Source: Eledone cirrhosa
Lineage: Eukaryota
Direction of reading: 5' to 3'
NCBI GenBank assembly: GCA_964016885.1
Contig: OZ024743.1
Location: 321,780,001-321,844,000, forward strand
Length of the DNA stretch: 64,000 nt
Made by a program: the position numbers and the translations under genes. Below the pieces are notes generated by a model. That model was not told the DNA's origin. It did no database searches and saw only the letters and a program-made list of their open reading frames with translations. The number at the start of each line of letters is the position of its first letter. Positions within the stretch are counted from its first letter, which is position 1. Positions 45,001 to 57,469 of the stretch are shown piece by piece.

Positions 45001-48000
45001 TTGTGTTGAAGTGGACCCACATAGCAACATTGTGTTGAAGGGGAGCCACACAGCAACATTGTGTTGAAGTGGAGCCACACAGCAACATTGTGTTGAAGTG
45101 GAGCCACACAGCAACATTGTGCTGAAGTGGAACCACACAGCAACATTGTGTTGAAGTGGAGCCACACAGCGACATTGTGTTGGAGTGGACCCACATAGCA
45201 ACACTGTGTTGAAGGGGAGCCACACAGCAACATTGTGTTGAAGTGGACCCACATAGCAACATTGTGTTGAAGTGGACCCACATAGCAACATTGTGTTGAA
45301 GTGGAGACACACAGCAACATTGTGTTGAAGTGGATCCACACAGCAACATTGTGTTGAAGTGGACCCACACAGCAACATTGTGTTGAAGTGGACCCACGCA
45401 GCAACATTGTGTTGAAGTGGAGACACACAGCAACATTATGTTGAAGTGGAGCCACACAGCAACATTGTGTTGAAGTGGAGCGACACAGCAACATTGTGCT
45501 GAAGTGGAGCCACACAGCAACATTGTGTTGAAGTGGAGCCACACAGCAACATTGTGTTGGAGTGGAGCCACATAGCAACATTGTGTTGAAGGGGAGCCAC
45601 ACAGCAACATTGTGTTGAAGTGGAGCCACACAGCAACATTGTGCTGAAGTGGAACCACACAGCAACATTGTGTTGAAGTGGAGCCACACAGCAACATTGT
45701 GTTGGAGTGGAGCCACATAGCAACATTGTGTTGAAGGGGAGCCACACAGCAACATTGTGTTGAAGTGTAGCCACACAGCAACATTGTGTTGAAGTGGAGC
45801 CACACAGCAACATTGTGTTGAAGTGGAACCACACAGCAACATTGTGTTGAAGTGGAGCGACACAGCAACATTGTGCTGAAGGCGACCCACACAGCAACAT
45901 TGTGTTGCAGTGGAGACACACAGCAACATTGTGTTGAAGGGGAGCCACACAGCAACATTGTGTTGAAGTGGAGCAACACAGCAACATTGTGTTGAAGTGG
46001 AGCGACACAGCAACATTGTGCTGAAGGGGACCCACACAGCAACATTGTGTTGAAGTGGAGCCACACAGCGACATTGTGTTGAAGTGGAGCCACATAGCAA
46101 CATTGTGTTGAAGTGGAGACACACAGCAACATTGTGTTGAAATGGAGTCACACAGCAACATTGTGCTGAAGGGGAGACACACAGCAACATTGTGTTGAAG
46201 GGGAGACACACAGCAACATTGTGTTGAAGTGGAGCCACACAGCAACATTGTGTTGAAGTGGAGCCACACAGCAACATTGTGTTGAAGTGGAGCCACACAG
46301 CAACATTGTGTTGAAGTGTAGACACACAGCAACATTGTGTTGAAGTGGAGCTACACAGCAACATTGTGTTGAAGTGGAGCCACACAGCAACATTGTGCTG
46401 AAGTGGAGCCACACAGCAACATTGTGTTGAAGTGGAGCCACACAGCAACATTGTGCTGAAGTGGAGCCACACAGCAACATTGTGTTGAAGTGGAGCCACA
46501 CAGCAACAGTGTTCAAGTGGAGCCACACAGCAACAGTGTTCAAGTGGAGCCACACAGCAACATTGTGTTGAAGTGGAGACACACAGCAACATTGTGTTGA
46601 AGTGGTGCCACACAGCAACATTGTGTTGAAGTGAACCCACATAGCAACATTGTGTTGAAGTGGTGACACACAGCAACATTGTGTTGAAGTGGAGCCACAC
46701 AGCAACATTGTGTTGAAGTGGAGCCACACAGCAATATTGTGTTGAAGTGGACCCACACAGCAACATTGTGTTGAAGTGGACCCACACATCAACATTGTGT
46801 TGAAGTGGACCCACACAGCAACATTGTGTTGAAGTGGAGCCACACAGCAACATTGTGTTGAAGTGGAGCCACACAGCAACATTGTGTTGAAGTGGAGCCA
46901 CACAGCAACATTGTGTTGAGGTGGAGCCACACAGCAACATTGTGCTGAAGTGGAGTCCCACAGCAACATTGTGTTGAAGTGGAGCCACACAGCAATATTG
47001 TGTTGAAGTGGACCCACACAGCAACATTGTGTTGAAGTGGAGCCACACAGCAACATTGTGTTGAAGGGGAGACACAGCAACATTGTGTTGAAGTGGAGCC
47101 ACACAGCAACATTGTGTTGAAGTGGAGTCACACAGCAACATTGTGTTGAAGTGGAGCCACACAGCAACATTGTGTTGAAGTGGAGCCACACAGCAACATT
47201 GTGTTGAAGTGGAGACACACAGCAACATTGTGTTGAAGTGGAGCAACACAGCAGCATTGTGTTGAAGTGGAGCGACACAGCAACATTGTGCTGAAGGGGA
47301 GCCACACAGCAACATTGTGCTGAAGTGGAGCCACACAGCAACATTGTGTTGAAGTGCCGCCACATAGCAACATTGTGTTGAAGTGGAGCCACACAGCAAC
47401 ATTGTGTTGAAGTGGAGACACACAGCAACATTGTGTTGAAGTGGAGCCACACAGCAACATTGTGCTGAAGGGGAGCCACACAGCAACATTGTGTTGAAGT
47501 GGATCCACACAGCAACATCGTGTTGAAGTGGACCCACATAGCAACATTGTGTTGAAGGGGAGCCACACAGCAACATTGTGTTGAAGTGGAGCCACACAGC
47601 AACATTGTGTTGAAGTGGAGCCACACAGCAACATTGTGCTGAAGTGGAACCACACAGCAACATTGTGTTGAAGTGGAGCCACACAGCAACATTGTGTTGG
47701 AGTGGACCCACATAGCAACATTGTGCTGAAGTGGAGACACACAGCAACATTGTGTTGAAGTGGAGCCACACAGCAACATTGTGTTGAAGTGGACCCACAT
47801 AGCAACATTGTGTTGAAGTTGACCCACATAGCAACATTGTGTTGAAGTGGAGACACACAGCAACATTGTGTTGAAGTGGAGCCACACAGCAACAGTGTTC
47901 AAGTGGAGCCACACAGCAACAGTGTTCAAGTGGAGCCACACAGCAACATTGTGTTGAAGTGGAGACACACAGCAACATTGTGTTGAAGTGGTGCCACACA

Positions 48001-51000
48001 GCAACATTGTGTTGAAGTGAACCCACATAGCAACATTGTGTTGAAGTGGAGACACACAGCAACATTGTGTTGAAGTGGAGCCACACAGCAACATTGTGTT
48101 GAAGTGGAGCCACACAGCAACATTGTGTTGAGGTGGAGCCACACAGCAACATTGTGCTGAAGTGGAGTCACACAGCAACATTGTGTTGAAGTGGAGCCAC
48201 ACAGCAATATTGTGTTGAAGTGGACCCACACAGCAACATTGTGTTGAAGTGGAGCCACACAGCAACATTGTGTTGAAGGGGAGACACACAGCAACATTGT
48301 GTTGAAGTGGAGCCAGACAGCAACATTGTGTTGAAGTGGAGCCACACAGCAACATTGTGTTGAAGTGGAGCCACACAGCAACATTGTGTTGAAGTGGACC
48401 CACACAGCAACATTGTGTTGAAGTGGAGACACACAGCAACATTGTGTTGAAGTGGAGCAACACAGCAGCATTGTGTTGAAGTGGAGCGACACAGCAACAT
48501 TGTGCTGAAGGGGAGCCACACAGCAACATTGTGCTGAAGTGGAGCCACACAGCAACAGTGTGTTGAAGTGCCGCCACATAGCAACATTGTGTTGAAGTGG
48601 AGCCACACAGCAACATTGTGTTGAAGTGGAGACACACAGCAACATTGTGTTGAAGTGGAGCCACACAGCAACATTGTGCTGAAGGGGAGCCACACAGCAA
48701 CATTGTGTTGAGGTGGATCCACACAGCAACATTGTGTTGAAGTGGACCCACATAGCAACATTGTGTTGAAGGGGAGCCACACAGCAACATTGTGTTGAAG
48801 TGGAGCCACACAGCAACATTGTGTTGAAGTGGAGCCACACAGCAACATTGTGCTGAAGTGGAACCACACAGCAACATTGTGTTGAAGTGGAGCCACACAG
48901 CGACATTGTGTTGGAGTGGACCCACATAGCAACACTGTGTTGAAGGGGAGCCACACAGCAACATTGTGTTGAAGTGGACCCACATAGCAACATTGTGTTG
49001 AAGTGGACCCACATAGCAACATTGTGTTGAAGTGGAGACACACAGCAACATTGTGTTGAAGTGGATCCACACAGCAACATTGTGTTGAAGTGGATCCACA
49101 CAGCAACATTGTGTTGAAGTGGACCCACGCAGCAACATTGTGTTGAAGTGGAGACACACAGCAACATTATGTTGAAGTGGAGCCACACAGCAACATTGTG
49201 TTGAAGTGGAGCGACACAGCAACATTGTGCTGAAGTGGAGCCACACAGCAACATTGTGTTGAAGTGGAGCCACACAGCAACATTGTGTTGGAGTGGAGCC
49301 ACATAGCAACATTGTGTTGAAGGGGAGCCACACAGCAACATTGTGTTGAAGTGGAGCCACACAGCAACATTGTGCTGAAGTGGAACCACACAGCAACATT
49401 GTGTTGAAGTGGAGCCACACAGCAACATTGTGTTGGAGTGGAGCCACATAGCAACATTGTGTTGAAGGGGAGCCACACAGCAACATTGTGTTGAAGTGTA
49501 GCCACACAGCAACATTGTGTTGAAGTGGAGCCACACAGCAACATTGTGTTGAAGTGGAACCACACAGCAACATTGTGTTGAAGTGGAGCGACACAGCAAC
49601 ATTGTGCTGAAGGCGACCCACACAGCAACATTGTGTTGCAGTGGAGATACACAGCAACATTGTGTTGAAGGGGAGCCACACAGCAACATTGTGTTGAAGT
49701 GGAGCAACACAGCAACATTGTGTTGAAGTGGAGCGACACAGCAACATTGTGCTGAAGGGGACCCACACAGCAACATTGTGTTGAAGTGGAGCCACACAGC
49801 GACATTGTGTTGAAGTGGAGCCACATAGCAACATTGTGTTGAAGTGGAGACACACAGCAACATTGTGTTGAAGTGGAGTCACACAGCAACATTGTGCTGA
49901 AGGGGAGACACACAGCAACATTGTGTTGAAGGGGAGACACACAGCAACATTGTGTTGAAGTGGAGCCACACAGCAACATTGTGTTGAAGTGGAGCCACAC
50001 AGCAACATTGTGCTGAAGTGGAGCCACACAGCAACATTGTGTTGAAGTGTAGACACACAGCAACATTGTGTTGAAGTGGAGCTACACAGCAACATTGTGT
50101 TGAAGTGGAGCCACACAGCAACATTGTGCTGAAGTGGAGCCACACAGCAACATTGTGTTGAAGTGGAGCCACACAGCAACATTGTGCTGAAGTGGAGCCA
50201 CACAGCAACATTGTGTTGAAGTGGAGCCACACAGCAACAGTGTTCAAGTGGAGCCACACAGCAACAGTGTTCAAGTGGAGCCACACAGCAACATTGTGTT
50301 GAAGTGGAGACACACAGCAACATTGTGTTGAAGTGGTGCCACACAGCAACATTGTGTTGAAGTGAACCCACATAGCAACATTGTGTTGAAGTGGTGACAC
50401 ACAGCAACATTGTGTTGAAGTGGAGCCACACAGCAACATTGTGTTGAAGTGGAGCCACACAGCAATATTGTGTTGAAGTGGACCCACACAGCAACATTGT
50501 GTTGAAGTGGACCCACACATCAACATTGTGTTGAAGTGGACCCACACAGCAACATTGTGTTGAAGTGGAGCCACACAGCAACATTGTGTTGAAGTGGAGC
50601 CACACAGCAACATTGTGTTGAAGTGGAGCCACACAGCAACATTGTGTTGAGGTGGAGCCACACAGCAACATTGTGCTGAAGTGGAGTCCCACAGCAACAT
50701 TGTGTTGAAGTGGAGCCACACAGCAATATTGTGTTGAAGTGGACCCACACAGCAACATTGTGTTGAAGTGGAGCCACACAGCAACATTGTGTTGAAGGGG
50801 AGACACAGCAACATTGTGTTGAAGTGGAGCCACACAGCAACATTGTGTTGAAGTGGAGTCACACAGCAACATTGTGTTGAAGTGGAGCCACACAGCAACA
50901 TTGTGTTGAAGTGGAGCCACACAGCAACATTGTGTTGAAGTGGAGACACACAGCAACATTGTGTTGAAGTGGAGCAACACAGCAGCATTGTGTTGAAGTG

Positions 51001-51830
51001 GAGCGACACAGCAACATTGTGCTGAAGGGGAGCCACACAGCAACATTGTGCTGAAGTGGAGCCACACAGCAACATTGTGTTGAAGTGCCGCCACATAGCA
51101 ACATTGTGTTGAAGTGGAGCCACACAGCAACATTGTGTTGAAGTGGAGACACACAGCAACATTGTGTTGAAGTGGAGCCACACAGCAACATTGTGCTGAA
51201 GGGGACCCACACAGCAACATTGTGTTGAAGTGGATCCACACAGCAACATCGTGTTGAAGTGGACCCACATAGCAACATTGTGTTGAAGGGGAGCCACACA
51301 GCAACATTGTGTTGAAGTGGAGCCACACAGCAACATTGTGTTGAAGTGGAGCCACACAGCAACATTGTGCTGAAGTGGAACCACACAGCAACATTGTGTT
51401 GAAGTGGAGCCACACAGCAACATTGTGTTGGAGTGGACCCACATAGCAACATTGTGCTGAAGTGGAGACACACAGCAACATTGTGTTGAAGTGGAGCCAC
51501 ACAGCAACATTGTGTTGAAGTGGACCCACATAGCAACATTGTGTTGAAGTTGACCCACATAGCAACATTGTGTTGAAGTGGAGACACACAGCAACATTGT
51601 GTTGAAGTGGAGCTACACAGCAACATTGTGTTGGAGTGGAGCCACATAGCAACATTGTGTTGAAGTGGAGACACACAGCAACATTGTGTTGAAGTGGAGC
51701 CACACAGCAACACTGTGTTGAAGTGGAGCCACACAGCAACATTGTGTTGAAGTGGAGCCACACAGCAACATTGTGTTGAAGTGGAGCCACACAGCAACAT
51801 TGTGTTGAAGTGGACCCACACAGCAACATT
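1..51830. repeat. 29-bp tandem satellite array (~1,790 monomers; consensus TTGAAGTGGAGCCACACAGCAACATTGTG), continuing beyond the left edge
   Basis: Uninterrupted head-to-tail 29-mers in one orientation, mostly 0-3 substitutions per unit. Recurrent 27-bp variants (AACAGTGTTCAAG; GGGGAGACACAGC). No unique spacers. Confidence 0.99.
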
Positions 51831-52140
51831 CTGCTGAAGAGGGCACACCCAACAATGCTGTACTGAAGGGGACACACACAACAACTTTATGCTAAAACGG
51901 ACCCACCCTACAACTGTGTCTGAGGCAGACCCACCCTACAACAGTGTGCTGAAGAGGACACACCCAACAACAGTGTGCTGAGGCAGACCCACCCTACAAC
52001 AGTGTGCTGATGAGGACCCCCCCCTCCCCCATAACAGTATTCTGAGTCAGACCCACCCTACAACAGTGTGCTGAAGAGGACACACCCAACAACAGTGTGA
52101 AAAAGAGGACACACCCAACAACACTATGCTGAAGAAGACA
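51831..52140. repeat. Diverged edge layer of the satellite with alternating A/B 29-mers
   Basis: Units CTGAGGCAGACCCACCCTACAACAGTGTG and CTGAAGAGGACACACCCAACAACAGTGTG are both 29 bp, align in register with the main consensus, and alternate from ~51,920. Confidence 0.9.
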
Positions 52141-52272
52141 TTCCCAACCTATAGAAGCATGGAATTATATTGATGATGGTAGTGGTGATAGAGATATATA
52201 CTGTCAGTATTTGCCACCTCATCTAACTCATCATCATCATTAGAATGATCATCATTGTCTAAAATCTATTTT

Positions 52273-52633
52273 CCATGCTAGCATGTGTTAGACCAAAGGT
52301 TCTCAACGGGGGACACATGCCCTCCAGAGGGCTTTTCGTAGCTCCAGGGGGTGGTATGCAGTAAGGGGGCGTTAGGGGGTGTTTGAGACTTTGGGGGCGC
52401 TAGAAGACCCTTTAGTTTGGTTAGTTTTATAAGTCATATTTGTACGTTTCTTAGACAGGCAGTGTGAATGGATTTGAATGAAGAAAACGAAGAAAATAAA
52501 TAAAAGAAGCTTGTCAACGAATTCCCTAGGGAGATAAAAGAAAATCAAAAGAAATCAAAGAGAATGAGAATAAGGACTACTTCAACAGATATGACAACAA
52601 AAAGAAGCAATGGTGGTGAACATACACATACAT
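52273..52633 (+). repeat. Left arm of an inverted duplication bounding the 9.2-kb block; contains a hAT/Charlie-like terminus CAAAGGTTCTCAAC at 52294
   Basis: 52273-52376 and 52549-52633 are the reverse complement of 61389-61497 and ~61305-61388. The ~170 bp between them is absent from the right arm. Confidence 0.9.
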
Positions 52634-52736
52634 CAGATCCTTTCTAACTTGACCGCTGCCACGTCACGATTCATAGCCATTTTTCAATGTATTCTTGGCG
52701 CGATCACTTTGGAAAATTAATTGTCTAAATTTGAGC

Positions 52737-52816
52737 TAACTCCTGAAGAGTCCGGTGCTCTAGATTTCCAATGTTATCGGATATCTTAAAATGCGGACGA
52801 AACCATGGTAGAGGTA
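52737..52816 (+). ncRNA. Type I hammerhead ribozyme HHR1 (Penelope-type)
   Basis: Core CTGAAGA at 52743-52749. Stem II GTCCG/CGGAC with extension AGATTTCC/GGATATCT. GAAA at 52799-52802. Palindromic stem III ACCATGGT. Cleavage triplet GUA at 52808-52810. Short stem I TAACTC/GAGGTA. Confidence 0.8.
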
Positions 52817-53091
52817 ACTAAATATGTTCACTTTCCTTCTAGTTTATTTTACACCTAATTCTGTTTAGTTGACTGTATATCTGGTCGATTTATATACGCT
52901 GTCGAAATACTCGATAAATACTCCGTCGCAACCGCCGCGAAGGGCTGCTTTCGGTTATTTGTCGGAGATTTCTTCATAGGAGCTTTTATTCTTATAGCTT
53001 GGTCTAATTGATTTTTTATATGGTTAATTATGCTAATTGGGAGAGGAAACGGTATATATTTTATCTGGTGATTCTCTAGACATGTTTTATG

Positions 53092-53122
<31 letters not shown>

Positions 53123-53140
53123 AATATAATAAAATATAAT

Positions 53141-53420
53141 AAAGCTTTTGAAGTACTTATCGTTATAAATATTTAAATAATTATTATGTATATAGGTATA
53201 TATTAATGAGCCAGTATGTTTAAGGTAAATAATAACGACGAAGATACAAATAAAATAAGATAATAGATTGAAGCATGTTAAGGATAAATATACACCTATG
53301 TATAATTGGGTGTAAAGGCGTCAAGGAAATTAACTATTTGGGTACCATTTTCTACTTCTAATTTAAGGTCGTACGTTTGAAAGAATTCTATTATACTTTT
53401 GTTAACTCTATTTAGTTCTA
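53141..53420 (-). mobile_element. Inverted, internally deleted copy of PLE1 (RT fragment fused to 3'UTR)
   Basis: Minus strand of 53317-53420 reads ELNRVNKSIIEFFQTYDLKLEVENGTQIVNFLDA and pairs with 53421-53498. 53141-53316 is the reverse complement of 55467-55638. Confidence 0.88.
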
Positions 53421-54577
53421 TAATAAGAATTCTTGAAAACGTACGACCTTAAATTAGAAGTAGAAAATGGTACCAAAATAGTTAATTTCCTAGACGCTAC
53501 CTTTAACTTAAACCCGGCTTCTATTACCCTTTTCATAAGCCTAATAAAAACTTAAATTATGTTAGTAACTATTCAAATCACCCTAGATCTGTAAAAAAAA
53601 GGCTATAGTAAATAGTGTGCAAAAACGTATTAATAAAATATCAGCTAATAAATATATTTTTGATAAAAACGCTGAATACTACAACAACGCGTTAAAAAGA
53701 GCAGGATATATGAATAATATAGAATATGTAGATAATAATAATCCAAGTATTATTCCTAATAATAATAATATAAATAATAACATATATAAGAGAAACTCTA
53801 ATAATTATAATTCTAACACCCATACGCTAAATAAATCGAGAATACGAACTAGATCTAAACCAGTCATATGATTTGCACCCCATGCTTCGGTCGCAGTTAA
53901 AACACCAATTGCAAAATTATTCTTTAAAGCTCTTGACACCTCTTTCCCTACTCCACATAAATACCATTCCATTTTTAATAGACATACCATTAAATTCTCA
54001 AATTCTACAACCAGTAATATGGCCCAAAACATTGCCAAATTAAACGCCAAATCCTAAAACCAAACCCAAATAATGATCATAATAATAGAGTTAACATAAA
54101 TGATACTAAACCAAAATGTAATTGTAGAAATAAAACTAATTGCCCTTTGCAAAATAATTGTTTAGATAGTAATTTGGTTTATAAATGCACCGTAAAAACT
54201 GATCACAAAACATACAACTACATAGGTTCGACCTCGTCCACATTCAAAGCTCGTTTTGCGATCCATAAAAGCTCATTTTCGAACTCTAAGAGGAAATCAT
54301 CCACGTCTTTATCACAGCTCATATGGTCATTAAAAGAGAAGAATTTAAAATACTCCATTCTTTGGACAAAACTTCGGAACTGTGGAATTTACTGCAACTC
54401 TAGTATATCAAATAACTGCCCGCTCTGTACAATGGAGACCCTGTTGATTATTAATAACTATGAGACCCTAATTAACAAAAAAGTGAATTATTCTCTAGTT
54501 GTCTCCATAAAGCTACGTCCACTTTTTTAGCCTTACATAAAACGAGAAAAAAAGACGCAATAACACCAAACCAATAA
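53421..54577 (+). pseudogene. PLE1: 5'-truncated Penelope-like (Naiad-like) RT C-terminus/thumb, Zn knuckle and GIY-YIG endonuclease, frameshifted
   Basis: Joined frames read KIVNFLDATFNL..YYPFHKPN..YSNHPRSV..KRINKISANKYIFD..YYNNALKRAGY..VI*FAPH..FPTPHKYHSIFNRHTIKFS..CNCRNKTNCPLQNNC..VYKC..YIGSTSSTFKARFAIH..CPLC..SELFSSCLH. Several frameshifts and a stop. Confidence 0.9.
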
Positions 54578-54838
54578 TAACTCGGTTACCATGAATATAT
54601 AATCAACAGTGAAAAACATTAATGGCCTTTAATATTGCTTTATTTTATAGCTATCTATAGAAGAAACAAAGCTCGAATGAATGACATTTGTTCAATAACA
54701 TGCCGGAACATTGATACACATAACATTATTTTGTTAACTTTGATCAATACCATCATTTCTTTATTTCTTTATTTCTCTATCTATCTTCCTATCTATGCTT
54801 ACAATTTAATATAATACCTAATCCTTACATATTTACGG

Positions 54839-55130
54839 AATTTATCTATAACTGTGAACTTTTAATACATTGTTGATCTATTTAAAATTTTAAATTTTTA
54901 GTTTAATACCCAATCCATAAATTTTTATGAAACTTATCTATAACTGTGAATTTTTAATGAGTTTTTGATCTCTTATTTATAGTATAATATAATATAGTAT
55001 ATGCATATACTTCTTTTAAATATATTTACTGCACTTTAAAATCTAAAATTTAGGACAGATTCAAACTTATATATAAATGTGAATTTTTGCTGCGCTTTTG
55101 ATCTCTTATTTATAATATAATGTATTATAA
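54839..55130 (+). repeat. Three degenerate ~60-bp direct repeats in the PLE1 3' region
   Basis: AA(T/C)TTAT(C/A)TATAA(C/A)TGTGAA(C/T)TTTT...TTGATCT recurs at ~54839, 54931 and 55063. Confidence 0.7.
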
Positions 55131-56207
55131 TATGTATGTAGTTATATATTATATTTTATATATTCTTAAATATTTTTAAATATACCTACCACATTTCTAT
55201 ATATATGATTCAAATATAGAGAAAATATCCAAACTAAAAATTATTATAGACATTATTTGAACTCTGAATTATCCATGCACTCATTATTGTTTCTCATATA
55301 TATATGTGTATTTAAATGTAACACGTTGAACTCTACTTTATAAAATTATAACTGTTATCATTTACCTAAAGTATACTACACTACTAATACCTAATATATA
55401 TCTATATATATATACCTCCCTATATCTAATAATATGTTGATATCTTGGTTGAAGAATAATTAGTACATTTACATCCAATTATACATAGGTGTATATTTAT
55501 CCTTACATGCTTCAATCTATTATCTTATTTTATTTTTATCTTCGTCGTTATTATTTACCTTAACATACTGGTTCATTAATATATACCTATATACATAATT
55601 ATTTAAATATTTATAACGATAAGTACTTCAAAAGCTTTACATACCTAATATGTTGATATTTTTGTTAAAGTTTAAATTTAGGTAAATAATCAACAGTATA
55701 ATATTTCATCCTTTATGTGCCAGCTAAATCCTTTAAATGTTACCCTCATAAAATTTAGAAGTTTAGAAATGATAACACACTTATCGAATTTATAAAAATA
55801 ATATATAAATAACCAGCAAATAATCCTGAAATCTGGAGTCTTCACCCTAATATTATAAATTAAATATTTTCAAATTTAACCGTTTAACTTTCGGAAAAAA
55901 TCTCCTACATATATCACCCCCCCCCCCCTCTTTATCTTTTCCTCTTTATAAATTCTTTTCCAGTGGTTATCACTGGCTGTTATGATTCATGAGATGTTTT
56001 CCTAGATATATCGTAGTATCATACATTTTAAAACTTTTAGAACAGTTACAGTAAGCAACGTTTTTTCTTACTCACACATTCTCTAATGAATTTATTACGT
56101 TTTCGCATTTTCTCATAATTAGGCTATGTAAGTAAAATTTTCTCTCGGGTTAATCACTACCTTCATTAAATCTTAACCATTTAACATCTCAGGGTATGTC
56201 ATGTATC

Positions 56208-56269
56208 ATTATATTTTGTCTGATGAGGACGCACTTTGTACATCCGAAATATGTATAATAAAATGTAAT
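56208..56269 (+). ncRNA. Type I hammerhead ribozyme HHR2 in the inferred PLE1 3' pseudo-LTR
   Basis: 12-bp stem I ATTATATTTTGT/ATAAAATGTAAT (2 G-U). Core CTGATGA at 56220-56226. Stem II GGACGCAC/GTACATCC (2 mismatches). GAAA at 56246-56249. Near-palindromic stem III ATATGTAT. AUA triplet ending at 56257. Confidence 0.82.
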
Positions 56270-56407
56270 TGATCAAAAGAACATCTATTTTATTAATATT
56301 TATATTTTAATATTAATAACTCCGGAAAATTATTTTTCCGTAGAGTATTTTCAATCTACTGTAAAACTCATTCTTTGACATAATCATTGAATATCGTTTA
56401 ATACTTT

Positions 56408-56950
<543 letters not shown>

Positions 56951-57031
56951 TTTTAAAGAGCTCAGGATTTCTTCTCCTTTGAGCACATTACTTACAGGGA
57001 ATAGCGAGGGCCTATACCTCCGTTAATTTAT

Positions 57032-57034
<3 letters not shown>

Positions 57035-57077
<43 letters not shown>

Positions 57078-57104
57078 AAATTTATTGTGATATATATATA
57101 TATA

Positions 57105-57170
<66 letters not shown>
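57035..57170. repeat. (TA)n microsatellite
   Basis: Direct reading. Confidence 0.95.
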
Positions 57171-57171
<1 letters not shown>

Positions 57172-57361
57172 CGGAAGAGTTGTGGTAAGGAACCAGATGG
57201 ACCACCACGCACCAGAGTACTCAATGCTTAGGGTAGTAGAGTGGGTAGTAAGAGAAAGTATGACCCCGATGGCAGAGCTCAAGCCGTTTCGACGGCTATT
57301 TCTGGACCAAAAAATAGCCGTCGATACGGCTTGAGCTCTGCCATCAGGGTCATACTTTCTC
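57171..57361 (-). mobile_element. Short hairpin element: 50-bp-arm palindrome (57252-57361) plus an 80-bp tail, flanked by (TA)n
   Basis: Arms match at 48/50 around a 10-nt loop. The tail on the minus strand (CCACTCTACTACCCTAA..GAGTACT..TGGTCCA.CTGGTT) is homologous to 62933-63010. Confidence 0.75.
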
Positions 57362-57415
<54 letters not shown>

Positions 57416-57469
57416 CGCTTCTGAATTTGTTTAGCAAGATTCTTTATCTGAAAACGTGTGTTGAAACCG

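Noticed and set aside
1-51830. CRISPR array (29-bp repeat with GTTGAA-like motif)
   Set aside because: No unique spacers, no cas genes, and a eukaryotic context.
137-51884. Long Cys-rich minus-strand ORFs (up to 1909 aa) resembling keratin-associated or metallothionein-like proteins
   Set aside because: All three frames give the same 29-aa repeat because the 29-bp unit lacks stops. Indels shift frames freely and there is no unique N- or C-terminus.
51945-52110. CTGAAGAG/CTGATGAG motifs at the satellite edge as hammerhead cores
   Set aside because: They are monomer variants with no properly placed stem III or NUH triplet.
53869-54720. Selenocysteine recoding of PLE1 (in-frame TGA; ATGA..AA..TGA stem near 54680)
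   Set aside because: The TGA replaces the conserved Trp of the IWF motif (intact in PLE2). All knuckle cysteines are TGT/TGC, and the stem is too short for a SECIS.
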